A stretch of DNA of 64,000 nucleotides from Polyangiales bacterium (GTDB lineage: Bacteria > Myxococcota_A > Polyangia > Polyangiales > Houyiibacteriaceae): assembly GCA_046351215.1 (NCBI GenBank), contig JAXLYX010000012.1, positions 146,751 through 210,750 on the forward strand. Direction: 5' to 3'. Both the position numbers and the translations under genes were made by a program. The notes below the pieces were generated by a model. The model was not told the origin of the DNA, did no database searches, and saw nothing but the letters and a program-made list of their open reading frames with translations. Within the stretch, counting starts at the first letter, position 1. Each line of letters begins with the position of its first letter. Below are positions 60,449 through 64,000 of this stretch, piece by piece.

Positions 60449-61698
60449 TCGGGACCACGACGCACACGCATGCGCGAATCGGGATCCTCGCCCTCGTCGC
60501 GACGCTCGCGGCCTGCGACTCCGCTTCGGAGCCGCCGAATTTCTCGTGGGTCGAGCCCCACGCGCTCGTGCCGGAGCCCGGCCGTCACGACGTCGCGATC
60601 GTCGACACGCGCGAGGTCGTGCCGGGTCCCGGGCTGCCTTCGCAGCTCGTGCTCGGGAATTCGCGGAACAACCTCGACGTGGTGCGCCACGAGGGACGCG
60701 TCTACCTCGGCCTCCGCACCGCGCCCGATCACTTCGCCGGGACCGAGACCCGGATGTACGTGATCAGCAGCGTCGACGAGACGACCTGGGACTACGAGTA
60801 CGAAGTCGCGCTCGGGACGGACATCCGCGAGCCGCGCTTCCTCTCGATCGGCTCGAGCCTCTTCCTCCACTTCTCCGTGCTCGGCACCGATCCGCTCTCG
60901 TTCGATCCGATGGGCGTGCGGATCGTGGAGAAGACGGAGAGTGGCTGGGGTCCGGTGACGGACCTCTTCACCGACGATCGCATCGTCTGGCGGACCCGAG
61001 TCGTCGACGGAGTCGCGTACGCGACGTCGTACACGGGCGGCGCGCACATCTACACGTTCGACGGTCTCCCGCTCGACGTGCAGTTCCTGAAGAGCACGGA
61101 TGGGCGCACCTGGGGTCCGGTCGGGTCTCGGGACTCGATCCATTCCGGCGGCTCGAGCGAGACCGACTTCGCCTGGGACGACGCGGGCGACCTCTGGTTC
61201 GTGATGCGGACCGAGGCCTACGACGTGCACGGCACGGGCAGCAAGATCTGCGTCGCGCGCGGCGGGAACGTCGACTCCCTCTACTGCCGCAGCGATCCGA
61301 AGAAGTACGACTCGCCCCTCGTCTTCGCGCACGACGGGGAGATCTACCTCGTGGGCCGGCGGAACCTCACGGACACGGGCTACTACGGCGACCCGACCTG
61401 GGATTGGTCGACGAACGATCCCTTCGAGCTCATCCGCGAGCAGATCGCGTACCGCGATGCGAGCAAGCGCTGCTCGCTCTGGCGCATCGACCGGGAGGAC
61501 GTGCGGATCGCGTACCTGCTCGATCTCCCGTCGAACGGGGACACCTGCTTCGCGTCGATGCTCGAGGGTGCGAATCCGGACGAGGTGATCCTCTACAACT
61601 ACAGCTCGGATCCGAACGGTCCCGAGCTCACGTGGGTGCAGGGCCAGGAAGGTCCGACGAACATCTACCGTCACGTGCTGCGGTTCACGCGGCGCTAG
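60445..61698 (+). CDS. Lipoprotein with a BNR/Asp-box, probable beta-propeller, unknown function
   Basis: GTG 60445 overlaps the Rieske stop (GTGA). Signal plus lipobox IGILALVATLAAC. One clear Asp-box, KSTDGRTWGP (SxDxGxTW). Aromatic- and Asp-rich beta-type sequence. Confidence 0.7.
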   Translation: MIGTTTHTHARIGILALVATLAACDSASEPPNFSWVEPHALVPEPGRHDVAIVDTREVVPGPGLPSQLVLGNSRNNLDVVRHEGRVYLGLRTAPDHFAGTETRMYVISSVDETTWDYEYEVALGTDIREPRFLSIGSSLFLHFSVLGTDPLSFDPMGVRIVEKTESGWGPVTDLFTDDRIVWRTRVVDGVAYATSYTGGAHIYTFDGLPLDVQFLKSTDGRTWGPVGSRDSIHSGGSSETDFAWDDAGDLWFVMRTEAYDVHGTGSKICVARGGNVDSLYCRSDPKKYDSPLVFAHDGEIYLVGRRNLTDTGYYGDPTWDWSTNDPFELIREQIAYRDASKRCSLWRIDREDVRIAYLLDLPSNGDTCFASMLEGANPDEVILYNYSSDPNGPELTWVQGQEGPTNIYRHVLRFTRR

Positions 61699-61719
61699 CA
61701 CGGTGCCCGGTCCCGGGTC

Positions 61720-63429
<1,710 letters not shown>

Positions 63430-63553
63430 TCTACGGTTCCGCTCGCGGGTTGCGAGGGGCGAGGTGGCATCCGACATCCACGCGTGGGAGCCCGTGCCGC
63501 GGAGGTGCGCCGACGCGGAGCGCATGGCGGATAGCGACCCGCGCGACCGCTCC

Positions 63554-64000
63554 CTACGCCCCCGGCTCCACCGGACGCACCGTCATGCCTTCGTGCGTGA
63601 ACCGCACCTCGAGCACGGGAAGCCCCGGCGCGAGCGCTTCGCGCGTCTCCGCGATCTGCCGTGCGCCCAGGGTACGCATGGCGTTGACGACGCGACTCCG
63701 ATTCGCCGTGGGGAGCCCGAGGACCCGAGCGTGCTCGACGAGGTAGCCCGCGGTCTCGCGGCGCAGGAAGTCGATCACCTGCGGATGCACGACGAAGACC
63801 TCGCCCAGCGCTCCGTGGGGAACGAGCATCGCCACGCGCGCATGCGCCTCGACGTCGTGCTCGAAGAGGACGCGCACGATCGCGCGCTCGCGGTGGGCGC
63901 CCGTCAGCACCGTGTAGGCCAGGCGCTCCGGATGACGCCAGCCCTGTCGGTACGCCGCCTCCAGCACGGCGCGCGCGAGCTCGGGCCGCGTGCCGTACTC
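63554..64000 (-). CDS. Hypothetical protein, 5' end outside the window
   Basis: The frame stays open to position 64000 (upstream residues EYGTRPELARA precede the track start). Natural composition. The stop lies about 125 nt upstream of the hybrid kinase start on the same strand. No family recognised. Confidence 0.4.
   Translation of the reverse strand, partial: EYGTRPELARAVLEAAYRQGWRHPERLAYTVLTGAHRERAIVRVLFEHDVEAHARVAMLVPHGALGEVFVVHPQVIDFLRRETAGYLVEHARVLGLPTANRSRVVNAMRTLGARQIAETREALAPGLPVLEVRFTHEGMTVRPVEPGA

Overview
Very GC-rich bacterial chromosomal segment (about 70 percent by eye, not computed). I count about 58 tightly packed protein-coding genes on both strands. I see no rRNA, tRNA, CRISPR array, transposase, integrase, prophage or recognisable defence gene. 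The six-frame track is full of long Arg/Pro/Gly/Ala-rich shadow ORFs, as expected at this GC content. I accepted a frame only when the protein shows family motifs or a natural composition, and I trimmed several track ORFs to internal starts that have an RBS or a start-stop overlap. The gene content suggests a Myxococcota (Polyangia-like) genome; this is inference only. It includes YXWGXW and Cys-rich lipoproteins, a TSP3-repeat OmpA protein, GAF hybrid kinases with an HDFNN H-box, a DUF2723 protein and many lipid and oxidative enzymes. Blocks: (1) 40-7051, a lipid-modification locus (SDR, FAD oxidoreductase, DUF1365, CFA-synthase-like methyltransferase, NTF2-like) plus GST and a P450. (2) 7124-10289, envelope genes including a DUF2723/TMEM260-type GT-C protein. 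(3) 10399-24078, acyl-CoA dehydrogenases, two unrelated ceramidase-type hydrolases, a Tat-exported Cys-rich four-helix protein, LysR and TetR regulators, saccharopine dehydrogenase and an FGGY kinase. (4) 24087-44563, signalling and envelope genes. This block holds the two most unusual proteins: a lipoprotein made of three 12-cysteine repeats (26295-27404), and a SpoOM-like protein carrying twelve 27-bp MPGQPMMQG repeats and two Tudor/SH3-like modules (33532-34824). (5) 45287-61698, a 13-gene oxidative catabolic island with duplicated Rieske-oxygenase and amidohydrolase modules and no cognate reductase. I found no classical novel-system signature such as nuclease, ATPase or toxin modules. The best candidates for undescribed biology are the repeat proteins and the catabolic island. 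All family calls come from motif recognition by eye and need HMM or structure confirmation.
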